NCBI GenBank assembly: GCA_963730935.1
Contig: CAVSTP010000003.1
Location: 320,001 to 384,000, forward strand
Length of the DNA: 64,000 nt
Source: an uncultured Nitrospiraceae bacterium
Lineage (GTDB): Bacteria; Nitrospirota; Nitrospiria; Nitrospirales; Nitrospiraceae
Reading direction: 5' to 3'
Shown here: one piece after another, positions 9,198 through 19,400 of the stretch
Layout of the letters: the number at the start of each line of letters is the position of its first letter
How positions within the stretch are numbered: the first letter of the stretch is position 1
Translations under genes and position numbers: made by a program
Notes under the pieces: model-generated
What the model was told of the DNA's origin: nothing
The model's database searches: none
The model's input: only the letters and a program-made list of their open reading frames with translations

Positions 9198-10451
9198 TCA
9201 GTGAGATTTAGATAACGGACCTGCCACGAATCGCCCCGCCTTCATGACGCCGACGATGCGGCTTCTGTCGCGCAACAGGTTAATCTTCTTCAACGGATTG
9301 CCTTCGATGAGCACTATATCGGCTTGCTTGCCTGGTTCGATCGTTCCCACCTGATCGTCAATGCCGATCAATCGTGCGGCAGCGGATGTTGAGGTGAGGA
9401 TCGCTTCCATCGGGCTCATCCCGTAGGCCACCATCCGTTCCAACTCCTGTGCATTGTCGCCATGATAATTAAAGGGCGTGCCGGCATCCGTCCCCATGGC
9501 GATTAAGAGCCCGCGCTGATGGGCTTGCCTGAAGCTGCTCTGATGGCGTTTCGTCATGGCTTTGGCCTTCTCGAGCGCGTCGTCGGGAATGCCACAGCCT
9601 CGTCGACACGCACCAGTCGTGGCGAGCGCCGAGAGTGTCGGGACCATATACACGGCGTGCTTCTCGAATAAACTGGCGGCCTCTTCGTCCATTAAGGTGG
9701 CATGCTCGATCGAATGGACGCCGGCATGAATCGCATTTTTCATTCCGGACGCGCCATGTGCATGGGCGGCAACTTTTCGCCCGGCCCGTTTCGCTTCATC
9801 CACGGCGGCTGAAAGTTCATCCAGCGTCATCTGTGCCTGCTCGGGGGAGGTGCCGGGCGTGAGGACTCCTCCCGAGGCGATCACTTTTATCACTTCGGCA
9901 CCTGCGACGATCTGTTGACGGACTACCTGGCGGACTTGTTCGACCCCTTCGACTTCTTGGGCAATGACCCGTCGCAGATGCCCTCCAACCATGCAGATAG
10001 CCAGGCCTGCCCCGATGATTCGCGGTCCGGGAGTGAGCCCGTTATCGATCGCTTTTTTCAGCGCAAAAATCAGATGGTCGCGCGAGCCGACATCCCGAAC
10101 GGTCGTCACGCCTGCCTCCAGCGTCTGCCCGGCCGATCGGCTGGCTTTCAGGAGCGTTTCGATTGGCGTCTCCTGTTCAACGGCCTTTACCACATCTGCT
10201 TCCCCGCGCCAGCACAGATGTACGTGACAATCGATCAAGCCCGGCAGCAGCGTGAGCCCCCGACCATTGACGCGGGTTGCGCCGCGTGGCATGGAGGTCG
10301 TTCGACTGGGGCCGGCAGTGGCAATTGTGTGTTCACGCACGATCACCGTGGCCGGTTCGATGGTTTGTCCCGTCCCATCAATAAGCCGGACATGATGAAT
10401 GGCGATGACCACGTCGTCAGCTTCCGATCGGAAACGTGATGATGATGCCAC
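9198..10451 (-). CDS. Metal-dependent amidohydrolase (Xaa-Pro dipeptidase-like subgroup)
   Basis: PGLIDCHVH, IKV, AAHAHG, SIEH, GTDAG, GTIEPGKQAD. Confidence 0.9.
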   Translation of the reverse strand: MASSSRFRSEADDVVIAIHHVRLIDGTGQTIEPATVIVREHTIATAGPSRTTSMPRGATRVNGRGLTLLPGLIDCHVHLCWRGEADVVKAVEQETPIETLLKASRSAGQTLEAGVTTVRDVGSRDHLIFALKKAIDNGLTPGPRIIGAGLAICMVGGHLRRVIAQEVEGVEQVRQVVRQQIVAGAEVIKVIASGGVLTPGTSPEQAQMTLDELSAAVDEAKRAGRKVAAHAHGASGMKNAIHAGVHSIEHATLMDEEAASLFEKHAVYMVPTLSALATTGACRRGCGIPDDALEKAKAMTKRHQSSFRQAHQRGLLIAMGTDAGTPFNYHGDNAQELERMVAYGMSPMEAILTSTSAAARLIGIDDQVGTIEPGKQADIVLIEGNPLKKINLLRDRSRIVGVMKAGRFVAGPLSKSH

Positions 10452-11013
10452 CCATCACGTCGTTGAGCTTGAAGTCTCGGCGGGGGCTGTTGGGATGCTT
10501 GTTATGGCAATCGACGCAGGCTTGGGAGACCGCGCGGTCAGCATACACCGCTTGAAAGAGACGAAGTTCGCCCCGGCGCACAATGCCGTAATGGGGCTCT
10601 GAGGGATCCTTTTGCACGGCGGCCAATCCCACGCGCTCAAGATCGCTGTTCGCACCGTTCCATGCATAGATTGGCGTCAAGCTCGCCAATCGGAAGGAGA
10701 ACCCGAGGTCTTTGATGGCCACGAGTCGGCCTGATTCCAGTAGAAATTGAGCGGGAAGCGGGACGCCTCGTTCATCACGCCAATGTTCATGGGCCTCGAT
10801 GCCGTCACGGCTGAGTTTGACGACCACGTTGTCAGTGTAGTTGTTCCGGTTCGCTTCAAGGATGGCGTGGACGAACTCCGCTGTCTTTTGAGGCGAAACC
10901 TGATCCGACTTCAGCTGATTGGCCAGGGCGATCGCGAAGATCCAGTAGGCGACGACGGCCGTGAAGGCGAACGCTCCGCCGCCGAGCACCCACAGCAAAG
11001 GTTTATTGTCCAT
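10417..11013 (-). CDS. DUF3365/Tll0287-like membrane-anchored c-type heme protein
   Basis: N-terminal TM; LPAQF; CVDCH heme motif; FKLNDVMGGI end. Confidence 0.82.
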   Translation of the reverse strand: MDNKPLLWVLGGGAFAFTAVVAYWIFAIALANQLKSDQVSPQKTAEFVHAILEANRNNYTDNVVVKLSRDGIEAHEHWRDERGVPLPAQFLLESGRLVAIKDLGFSFRLASLTPIYAWNGANSDLERVGLAAVQKDPSEPHYGIVRRGELRLFQAVYADRAVSQACVDCHNKHPNSPRRDFKLNDVMGGIIITFPIGS

Positions 11014-11031
11014 ACAATGTCACACCTCCGG

Positions 11032-12219
11032 TCAACTGGACACCTGGCTATACACCCGCGACGCGGCCTGAAGCGCCACTCCTGGCGTGCTCAGCCAGCC
11101 GCCTTCCAGAAAGAGCGCTTCCAGCGCATTCAAGAGGGTCAAGACATTGGCTTCGGTCGACGATTCACCCATGAGGCCGATCCGCCAGACTTTGCCTTTC
11201 AACGGACCCAGCCCTCCGCCAATGTCAATGCCATACTGCGATAACAATCGTGCGCGGATGTCCGCTTCCGGAATCTGAGCTGGAAGCATGACGCAATTCA
11301 GCATCGGCAATCGCCGCCCGGCCGGTGGGAGCGGGACGAGCCCTAAGACCTCCAAGCCCGCCAGTAACGCATTACTGTTGATCTGATGGCGCTTGTATCG
11401 AGCAGAGAGGCCTTCTTCCTCGATGAGCCGCAATGCTTCACGCAACCCATAGAGCATCGAGATCGGCGCCGTGTGATGATAGGCTCTGCTGCTTTCCGTC
11501 CAGTACTCGGCGATCAATCCCATGTCCAAATACCAGCTTTGACAGGGCAGCCTGCGAGCTTTGACGGTGGCGAGCGCCCGCTCGCTCATCGTAAACGGCG
11601 ACAAGCCGGGAGGGCAGCTCAAGCATTTCTGGGTGCCGCTGTAACACACGTCGATGCCGAGCCGATCGACGCCGACCGCGAGTCCGCCGAGCGAGGTGAC
11701 GGCATCGACCACGAACAGCGCATCGTGTCGGCGACACAGGGCGCCGATGTCTTCGAGCGGCTGCCAGGCGCCGGTGGAAGTTTCCGCATGGACGATGGCC
11801 ACCGCCTTGACGGGGCCGGAACGGACGAGCGCGTGCTCGACGGCGTCTGGCTGGATGCACTCTCCCCACGGGGCTTCGACACGAATCGCTTTCCCGCCGC
11901 AGCGGTCGACGACCGACGCCAGCCTTGTGCCGAATATACCGTTGATGCCCACGATGACAGCATCGCCCGGTTCAACCAGATTCACAATCGACGCTTCCAT
12001 TCCGGCAGAGCCTGTTCCGGAAATAGCGATAGTAAAGCGATGTTCGGTCTCGAAGATCATCCGCAGCGAGGACTGAATATCGTTCATGACGGTCAGAAAC
12101 ACAGGGTCAAGGTGGCCGAGCAGCGGGGTCGAAAGGGCCCGCAACACGCGGGGATGAACCAGGCTCGGGCCGGGACCGAGGAGGAGACGACGCGGGGGGA
12201 TGAATTCCTGCAGTGTCAT
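11032..12219 (-). CDS. Alanine-glyoxylate/serine-pyruvate aminotransferase (class V PLP enzyme)
   Basis: LLLGPGPS, HAETSTG, VDAVTS, SGTQKCLSCPPG, YHHT, WRIGLMG. Confidence 0.93.
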   Translation of the reverse strand: MTLQEFIPPRRLLLGPGPSLVHPRVLRALSTPLLGHLDPVFLTVMNDIQSSLRMIFETEHRFTIAISGTGSAGMEASIVNLVEPGDAVIVGINGIFGTRLASVVDRCGGKAIRVEAPWGECIQPDAVEHALVRSGPVKAVAIVHAETSTGAWQPLEDIGALCRRHDALFVVDAVTSLGGLAVGVDRLGIDVCYSGTQKCLSCPPGLSPFTMSERALATVKARRLPCQSWYLDMGLIAEYWTESSRAYHHTAPISMLYGLREALRLIEEEGLSARYKRHQINSNALLAGLEVLGLVPLPPAGRRLPMLNCVMLPAQIPEADIRARLLSQYGIDIGGGLGPLKGKVWRIGLMGESSTEANVLTLLNALEALFLEGGWLSTPGVALQAASRVYSQVSS

Positions 12220-12368
12220 GGTGTTCGTGTCACGGACGACTCGTCATCAGGGGGGACAGTATAGCGGACTCATACCGCTTGCAGCCAGTTGGCGGTTGCT
12301 CGGGCAGCGCGTCGTTACTTTCGAGGGGTTTTTGGCTGGAAAACGTGCGTGTTATAGTGCAGGCCGTT

Positions 12369-13880
12369 ATGGACGAGTCTCTTACGATTGCCCCCCATCC
12401 TTCTTCTTCCGCTCGCTCATGGTGGCGCGAAACTGAAGCGCCGCCTGCAGTCGGATCGTTCCCCACTCATTATTCAACCACGGTGAGCTGGCTCTCAGCG
12501 TTGTTGTTGGTCCTCTCGTTCGCCGCAGTCGTGGTCATGGCCTCGTCTACCTTGAAGATCGATCGGTTTGAAGCGCCGGAACAGGCTCTCGGCCTGATGG
12601 TCGGACGAACGATGGATGTTCAGGAAGGACTGACCCGCGCTCCCGTGTGGGAACAGCGGATCATGGACTGGTTGTCAGGCGATGGAGCGGCCGAACGCAG
12701 GCAGGCGATCGACTGGTATCAGGAGTTGGCCGCACGCACTGAGGATCCGTCCGTGCCCTTGCAGCTGGCGATCCTTCAAGCCGAATCGGGGCAGGTGTCG
12801 CAAGCGCTGCTGTCCACTCATGAATGGGACCGCAAGGATGATCCGCTTCCCGAGTTTGGCGAGATCATTCGTGCAGCCTACGGTGAAGCGCCCCTTCTGA
12901 ATCCCGACGCCGTCGAGGCCCTGCAGAGTCGCCTGGCCGATGTGCTGCCGGTCGGATGGTTCTACGATCGCCTCATCATCAAATTGGCGAGGCACGCCGG
13001 CCACACGGAACTCGCCTCGGTCATCCAGGAGCAGTCCGACCGGCGCGCCGATCGGTTATATCGCTATTCGCGCAGATTGACCGTCCTCGAACTGGTCATC
13101 ATGCTCGCAGGGTCCGGTTGTCTGGTGATGATCTGGCGTGCAAGCCGGGCGGGGAGAAATTTGATCCGCCTGCATGATCCCGGGATTCCACCTCCATGGC
13201 CCGGCAGCGTGGGAGCAGCCGTGCTGTTACGAGGCGGTGCCATTGGCGCCATCGTCATGGCCTTCTGCCTGATCTACATGCCGCCCGAGAATGCGTCGTT
13301 GCGGGCCCTGGCGATTCCCCTGACCAACGTCCCGGTGTTGGCGCTGGCCTACTACCATTTGTTTAGGCCCGCCGGCATGACCTTCGAAGAAGGATTCGGC
13401 CTTGGTCTCCCGTGGGGTTCCTTCAGCAAGCTGATGTTGGCGGTGTTTGCAGTCGTTGCCGCGGGCCTGTGGGGGGAGTGGTTCATGGATCGCGCGGCCG
13501 AACAGTGGCAGCTCGCGAGCCATTGGACCGAATGGTTCGATGAGGATCTCGTCTGGGGATCGAGCTCGCTGACGATGGTCAGCCTGCTCGAGTACGTGAT
13601 CCTTGCCCCGCTGTTCGAAGAACTCGTGTTTCGGGGATTGCTCTTTGCGATTCTGCGCCGCAAGTTCCGGTTCCTTCCGGCGGCGCTCCTCAGCGCGGTC
13701 ATCTTCGGTTTGGCGCACGGCTATGGTGTGGTTGGGCTGATCAGCGTCTGTTGGAGCGGCGTCTTATGGGCCTGGATCTACGAAAAGACAGGGAGCCTCG
13801 GCCCAGGTATCCTGGCGCATGCGATCAACAACCTTCTCGTCTGCCTGTCCGTCATGTCGCTGCTGCGCTTCGGACAGTAA
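12369..13880 (+). CDS. CPBP (CAAX/Abi) intramembrane glutamic endopeptidase with a large extracytoplasmic N-domain
   Basis: APLFEELVFRG, FGLAH and HAINN motifs. Confidence 0.88.
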   Translation: MDESLTIAPHPSSSARSWWRETEAPPAVGSFPTHYSTTVSWLSALLLVLSFAAVVVMASSTLKIDRFEAPEQALGLMVGRTMDVQEGLTRAPVWEQRIMDWLSGDGAAERRQAIDWYQELAARTEDPSVPLQLAILQAESGQVSQALLSTHEWDRKDDPLPEFGEIIRAAYGEAPLLNPDAVEALQSRLADVLPVGWFYDRLIIKLARHAGHTELASVIQEQSDRRADRLYRYSRRLTVLELVIMLAGSGCLVMIWRASRAGRNLIRLHDPGIPPPWPGSVGAAVLLRGGAIGAIVMAFCLIYMPPENASLRALAIPLTNVPVLALAYYHLFRPAGMTFEEGFGLGLPWGSFSKLMLAVFAVVAAGLWGEWFMDRAAEQWQLASHWTEWFDEDLVWGSSSLTMVSLLEYVILAPLFEELVFRGLLFAILRRKFRFLPAALLSAVIFGLAHGYGVVGLISVCWSGVLWAWIYEKTGSLGPGILAHAINNLLVCLSVMSLLRFGQ

Positions 13881-13890
13881 TCGCTGCGCC

Positions 13891-14715
13891 TCACTCAGTC
13901 TGCGTTCCGCCCTGACTTTGTTGGAGGTCTTTGAGCGCGTGAAACAGGTCGGGATGACGCATCGAGAAGTTGGCTTCCTGAAGCATCGCACGTAGCTTCG
14001 TCGTGTTGATCCGCTTTCCTAGTGCCTGCCTCTGCTCTCCTGTCTGTGGCTCGACGAGTTGACCTCCATCGAGTCCTCGGCCAATTTCTCTCCACGTCCT
14101 CGGCACGCCATCGCTAACATTGTAGACGGCTCCGGATACTCCGTGTTCTAACGCCGCCAGGCAGATTGCCGCCAAGTCCTCTACGTGAATCAGATTCACG
14201 TATTTGTCCGAAAGCCCGACGCGCCCGCTCTTGATCCACTCGTAAGGATGTCGGCCCGGCCCATAGATGCCGGCCACCCGCAAGACGATCGCCCCGCATT
14301 TGTCACGGAGGAATTCTTCGCCTTGCACGCGCGGTTTGGCGAGATCGATCGGCGCGGTTTCATCGATCCAAGGTGGTGGATGGTCGTGAGCGACGCCGAT
14401 GTCGTATGCTGACGTGCTGCCCAGCACGACGAGCCGTCGAGACGGTCTATTGATACGTGAGGCGAATTGTTGAACGGCTGGTAACGGTGAGGCAGGAAAA
14501 CACCACAGTAAATCGGCATCGGAGGGGATGTTACTCCATGTCTCCGCTTCCGTCAGGTCGAACCGCAGTCTCTGTGTCAGTGGAAGCCGCTTGAGATGGT
14601 TCTCTGGATCTCGGCTCGTATGTAGGACAGTCGGGTAAGAATTTGTAAGGGACAGCATAAAGCGGGCCAGGTAGCCTGATCCCAGGATCACAACAGTGTC
14701 TCGTTTAATCTTCAT
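13891..14715 (-). CDS. NAD-dependent epimerase/atypical SDR
   Basis: ILGSGYLA, LGSTSAY, LRVAGIYGPGR, NLIHVEDLA. Confidence 0.85.
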   Translation of the reverse strand: MKIKRDTVVILGSGYLARFMLSLTNSYPTVLHTSRDPENHLKRLPLTQRLRFDLTEAETWSNIPSDADLLWCFPASPLPAVQQFASRINRPSRRLVVLGSTSAYDIGVAHDHPPPWIDETAPIDLAKPRVQGEEFLRDKCGAIVLRVAGIYGPGRHPYEWIKSGRVGLSDKYVNLIHVEDLAAICLAALEHGVSGAVYNVSDGVPRTWREIGRGLDGGQLVEPQTGEQRQALGKRINTTKLRAMLQEANFSMRHPDLFHALKDLQQSQGGTQTE

Positions 14716-14889
14716 GCGGAGTCCTGTCTGGATTTGAGAACAGTGTGCCTTCGGCGATTGGCGAGAATCTACGGAAATCAACTAACGGGCGATCGCAACG
14801 GCGGGTCGTCCGTAATCTTCAGGGTCAGACGACGCTCTTTCGAACCGCAGACTTCCCCCTACAAGACGCCTAGTAAGGCTTTTTAAAGA

Positions 14890-14935
14890 TACGTAATTGT
14901 GCATACATAATTTCGTACTTTGGTTAAGTTAGAAT
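14890..14935 (+). promoter_or_regulatory. Operator-like inverted repeat plus -10 box
   Basis: TACGTAATTGTG-CATA-CATAATTTCGTA (10/12 match) at 14890-14917; TAGAAT at 14930-14935. Confidence 0.5.
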
Positions 14936-14944
14936 GCGGTGGCC

Positions 14945-16378
14945 ATGAAACCATCACTCCTCCTCCTCGCTGTAACTGTCCTTTTCTTGACAAGCTGTGT
15001 CGATGACAACGGGAGCGGAGGCAATGTGGCCCCCACCAGCGGAGCGGTCGTCTATCTTGCAGATCAAGACATCGTCGGTGTCTTTGAGTTATTCCTGGCC
15101 ACCTCGGGAACGAAGCTGAATCCGCCACTACCCGCCGGGCGCACCGTGCAAAGTTTCGCATTGACACCGGATGCATCAGCGGTAGTTTATATAGCCGATC
15201 AAGACCAGAACGATGTCTTCGAACTCTATCGCGTGAGTTTGGCCTCCCCTGGATCCAGTACCAAACTAAATGGCCAGCTTGCTCTCTGTGGACTTGCTGT
15301 CTGTGGAGATGTGACAGCGTTTGCCGTCACGCCTGACAACAGTGCTGTAGTGTACATCGCGGATCAAACCGCCGACGATGTGTTTGAGTTGTTCCGCACT
15401 GTCCTGACGACTATGGTGAATTCAAAACTCAACCCCAACTTTGCGGCAGGACAAAATATCGATGCGTTCGCAGTCCTCCCAAACAGCACTGGGGTGATTT
15501 ATCGCGCCAATCAAAATACAGCTGGTGTGAAGGAATTGTATCGTGTGCTGTTCACTACTGCTCCTTCCACTGACCGGCTCATTACTCCGCCGCTCATCAC
15601 AGGACAGAACGTGGGCGCGTTTACACCAACTCCTGATAGCGCCAACGTCGTGTATATCGCGAATCGACCCGTTGCTTTGAACTTGTTTATCGTCCCGGCC
15701 GGAGGTGGGGGCAGCATCCAATTGAACAGCGTCTCTCCGATCAATGCAAACGCAAATGTGACTGATTTTGCGGTGACGCCTGACGGGCTTTCTGTGGTCT
15801 TTCGCGCCGATCAGGATATCGATCAGGTCTTTGAACTGTACCGGACCGTGATTGCCTTAGCACCGGCGAACACCAAACTGAATACTCCCCTTGTTTTCGG
15901 CATGAATGTCACTTCGTTTGGCGTCATTCCAGACAGCAGCGGTGTCGTGTATGTTGCCGATCAGAGGACGGTTAATGTGTTTGAGTTGTTTCGATCGCTG
16001 TTCTCAGGGAGCCCGCCCACTTCTCCGTTGAACCCGCCTTTCGTCGCGGGACAGGCAGTAGCGGACTTTGTTTTCATCCCCAACGGGAGCGGGGTCGTCT
16101 ACCGGGCAGATCAAAATACCGATGGCGTGAATGAGCTTTACCGTGCGCTGTTCGGGTTTCCCGGTTCGACCAGGCTCAATCCTGCGCTCGTCATCGGACA
16201 AAACGTTGCAACCTATGCCGTGTCACCCGATAGTGCCAGTGCAATTTACCTTGCGAATCAGGACAATGTTGCGATTACAGAATTGTATCGGGCTGCATTT
16301 TCCTCCCCAGGCGTGAGTACCAAACTGAATACCCCGCTCGTTGCAGGGAAGAACGTCACAGATTTTGCTGTTCAGTGA
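14945..16378 (+). CDS. Lipoprotein with nine tandem beta-propeller-type repeats
   Basis: Lipobox FLTSC; nine ~45-55 aa repeats VVY.ADQ....VFELYR...KLN.P...G..V..F...PD. Confidence 0.85.
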   Translation: MKPSLLLLAVTVLFLTSCVDDNGSGGNVAPTSGAVVYLADQDIVGVFELFLATSGTKLNPPLPAGRTVQSFALTPDASAVVYIADQDQNDVFELYRVSLASPGSSTKLNGQLALCGLAVCGDVTAFAVTPDNSAVVYIADQTADDVFELFRTVLTTMVNSKLNPNFAAGQNIDAFAVLPNSTGVIYRANQNTAGVKELYRVLFTTAPSTDRLITPPLITGQNVGAFTPTPDSANVVYIANRPVALNLFIVPAGGGGSIQLNSVSPINANANVTDFAVTPDGLSVVFRADQDIDQVFELYRTVIALAPANTKLNTPLVFGMNVTSFGVIPDSSGVVYVADQRTVNVFELFRSLFSGSPPTSPLNPPFVAGQAVADFVFIPNGSGVVYRADQNTDGVNELYRALFGFPGSTRLNPALVIGQNVATYAVSPDSASAIYLANQDNVAITELYRAAFSSPGVSTKLNTPLVAGKNVTDFAVQ

Positions 16379-16410
16379 CAAAGATTTTCGGTCATTGGCG
16401 GGTACAGGCC

Positions 16411-16439
16411 TTGACTCAACGCTGACGGCATCCTAGCAT
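16411..16439 (+). promoter_or_regulatory. Sigma-70 promoter of lhr (apparently leaderless)
   Basis: TTGACT-17 nt-TAGCAT, 6 nt before the ATG, no SD. Confidence 0.6.
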
Positions 16440-16445
16440 CACTGG

Positions 16446-19400
16446 ATGCCGCTCTCTGTTTTCCATCCCCTCATTGCTGACTGGTTCGCTTCATCTGTCG
16501 GCACCCCCACTGACGTGCAGGTTCAGGCCTGGCCTGCGATCCAGTCCGGGCAGGATGCTCTCATCGCCGCACCGACCGGCTCGGGAAAGACGTTTGCGGC
16601 CTTTCTGTCCTCCATCGATCAACTGTTCAAACAAGCGCTCACCTGTGAGCTCGACGACCGGACGCAGGTTCTGTACGTTTCCCCGCTGAAGGCTCTGAGC
16701 AACGACATCCAGAAAAACCTTCGGCAGCCGCTGGCCGAGATCGGTGAGGCGGCCCTCCAAGCCGGACTCCTCATGCCCGAGCTGCGGGTGCTGGTCCGGA
16801 CAGGCGACACGCCGATGGCGGATCGCCAGCAGATGCTCAAGCGGCCGCCGCACATCCTCGTGACGACGCCGGAATCTCTGTTCATCCTGCTCACGGCCGA
16901 GAAAAGCCGGCGCCTGTTGCAAACCGTCCGGACCGTGATCGTCGATGAAATCCATGCCATTGCGCCGAACAAGCGCGGAGCGCATTTAGCGCTCTCACTG
17001 GAACGCCTGGAAGCCTTGACGCTCACAAAACCTCAGCGAATCGGGTTGTCGGCCACGCAGCGTCCCATCGAATTGGTGGCGAAATTCCTGGCCGGAGACC
17101 GTCCGCTTCCGACGGTCATCGACGTCGGTCACAAGCGGCGGATGGACGTTGGGATCGAAGTCCCGAAGGACGAGTTGAGCGCGGTCGTCACCAACGCCAT
17201 TTGGTCGGATATCTATGATCGTGTGGCCGAGCTAGTACGAGCGCACCGGACAACGCTCGTGTTTGTCAACACACGCCGGTTGGCCGAGCGAGTCTCGCAC
17301 CATTTGGAAGAGCGGCTGAAAGACCTCGGACCAGGCGCGGTGGCAGCGCACCACGGAAGCCTGTCGCGGCAGATCCGGCTTTCTGCGGAAGAGCGCCTCA
17401 AGAGCGGCACGACCCGCGTCGTAGTGGCCACGGCATCCTTGGAGCTGGGCATCGACGTCGGAACGGTGGATCTGGTGTGTCAGATCGGTTCGCCGCGGGC
17501 CATCGCCACCTGTTTGCAGCGGATCGGCCGCGCAGGGCATTGGGTCAGGGCGATTCCGAAGGGCCGGCTCTTCGCCACGACGCGCGACGAATTGCTCGAA
17601 TGTGCGGCGCTAATACGGGCCATGAGGGCGGGAACATTGGATCGCATTTGGGTGCCTCCGGCGCCGTTGGATATTCTCGCTCAACAACTCGTCGCCGCCG
17701 CCGCGACGCAATCGTGGTCTGAAGCCGACCTCTACACACTCGTCCGCCGTGCGTTTCCCTATCGAGAGCTCGAGCGAACGGAATTCAATCGCCTTGTGCG
17801 CATGCTGGCGGAAGGCATCTCAACGAATCGAGGACGCGGACTGGCCTATCTGCACCATGATCGCATCCATCACACGGTGAAAGGGCGGCGGGGCGCGAGG
17901 TTGGCTGCGATCACGTCCGGAGGCGCGATTCCCGATACGGCCAATTATGCGGTGGTGTCAGAGCCGGAGGGGACGGTCGTGGGGTCGGTCGATGAGGATT
18001 TTGCGGTGGAGAGCCTGGCCGGCGACATCATCCTGCTGGGCAACACCTCCTGGCGCATCAAAGGCGTGGAAATGGGGAGAGTGCGCGTCGAAGATGCGCA
18101 TGGCGCGCCGCCGAACATTCCGTTCTGGCGGGGCGAGGCCCCCTCGCGCACCTCCGAGCTCTCGGCCGAAGTGGCCGATGTACGCAGGGAAATCGCAGAG
18201 AGAGCGCTCAACGCACAGCACTCGGCCCTTCACTGGCTTATACAGGAATGTGGCCTGGACGCGCGTGGCGCCCAGCAGGCCGTCGAGTACGTGCTGAGCG
18301 GCCGCTCCGTTCTCGGAACGGTACCCACGCAGGCCACCATTGTGGCTGAACGGTTTTTCGACGAAAGCGGCGGAATGCAACTTGTCATTCACGCCCCCTT
18401 CGGTGGGCGCATCAACAAGGCCTGGGGATTGGCCTTGCGCAAGCGCTTCTGTGTCACCTTTGATTTCGAACTCCAAGCTGCGGCCACTGATAACGGTCTG
18501 GTTATCTCGCTCGGCGAAAAACACAGTTTCCCGTTGGAATCCGTGTTCGGCTATCTGCATTCGCAAACGGTGCGGGAAGTGCTGCTGCACGCCGTGCTGG
18601 CCGCGCCCATGTTCGCCACACGCTGGCGTTGGAACGCCTCGCGCTCGCTGGCGCTGCTGCGCTTCTCAAACGGCAAGAAAGTTCCCCCGCAGATCCAGCG
18701 GATGAAAGCCGAGGATCTGCTCGCGGCAGTCTTCCCCGATGCGATTGCCTGCCAGGACAATATGACGGGGGATCGAGAGCGCCGGATTCCCGACCATCCG
18801 TTGGTCCAGGAAACGCTGCGCGACTGCCTGACTGAAGCCATGGACGTCGAGGGGCTGACGCAGGTGTTACAACGAATCGAGGCCGGGGAGATTCGCTGCG
18901 TCGCCGTCGACACGCCGACACCCTCGCCCTTTTCGCACGAAATATTGAATGCCAATCCTTACGCCTTCCTCGACGACGCGCCGCTCGAGGAGCGTCGGGC
19001 GAGGGCCGTGGAACTGCGCCGAACCCTGCCGGTGGAGCTGGCCGGCGAGGTCGGGGCATTGGATCCTGTGGCCATCGACGAAGTGGTCAGGGAATCCTGG
19101 CCGGTTGTGCGTGATGTCGATGAGTTGCACGATGCGCTGCTCTCGCTCGTCTGGCTTCCTGGCGGAGAGGTGTCGGGTTGGCAGCAGTTCATGACGGAGC
19201 TGAAGCATTCAGGACGCGCCGCCGAACTGACCGCCATCGATGGAGCACATCGCATCAGTGGATGGGTGGCCGTGGAGCATGCGGCCGATGTTGCACGGCT
19301 GTTGGCAGGAGACGGCGATGAACGGACCCTCGATACCATTGTGCTGGGCTGGGTGGAGAGCATCGGTCCAACGACGGCGCGGGAATTGACCGCGCGGTTA

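Noticed and set aside
14945..16378. CRISPR array or DNA tandem repeat
   Set aside because: Periodicity is at the protein level with diverged codons; no identical repeat-spacer units
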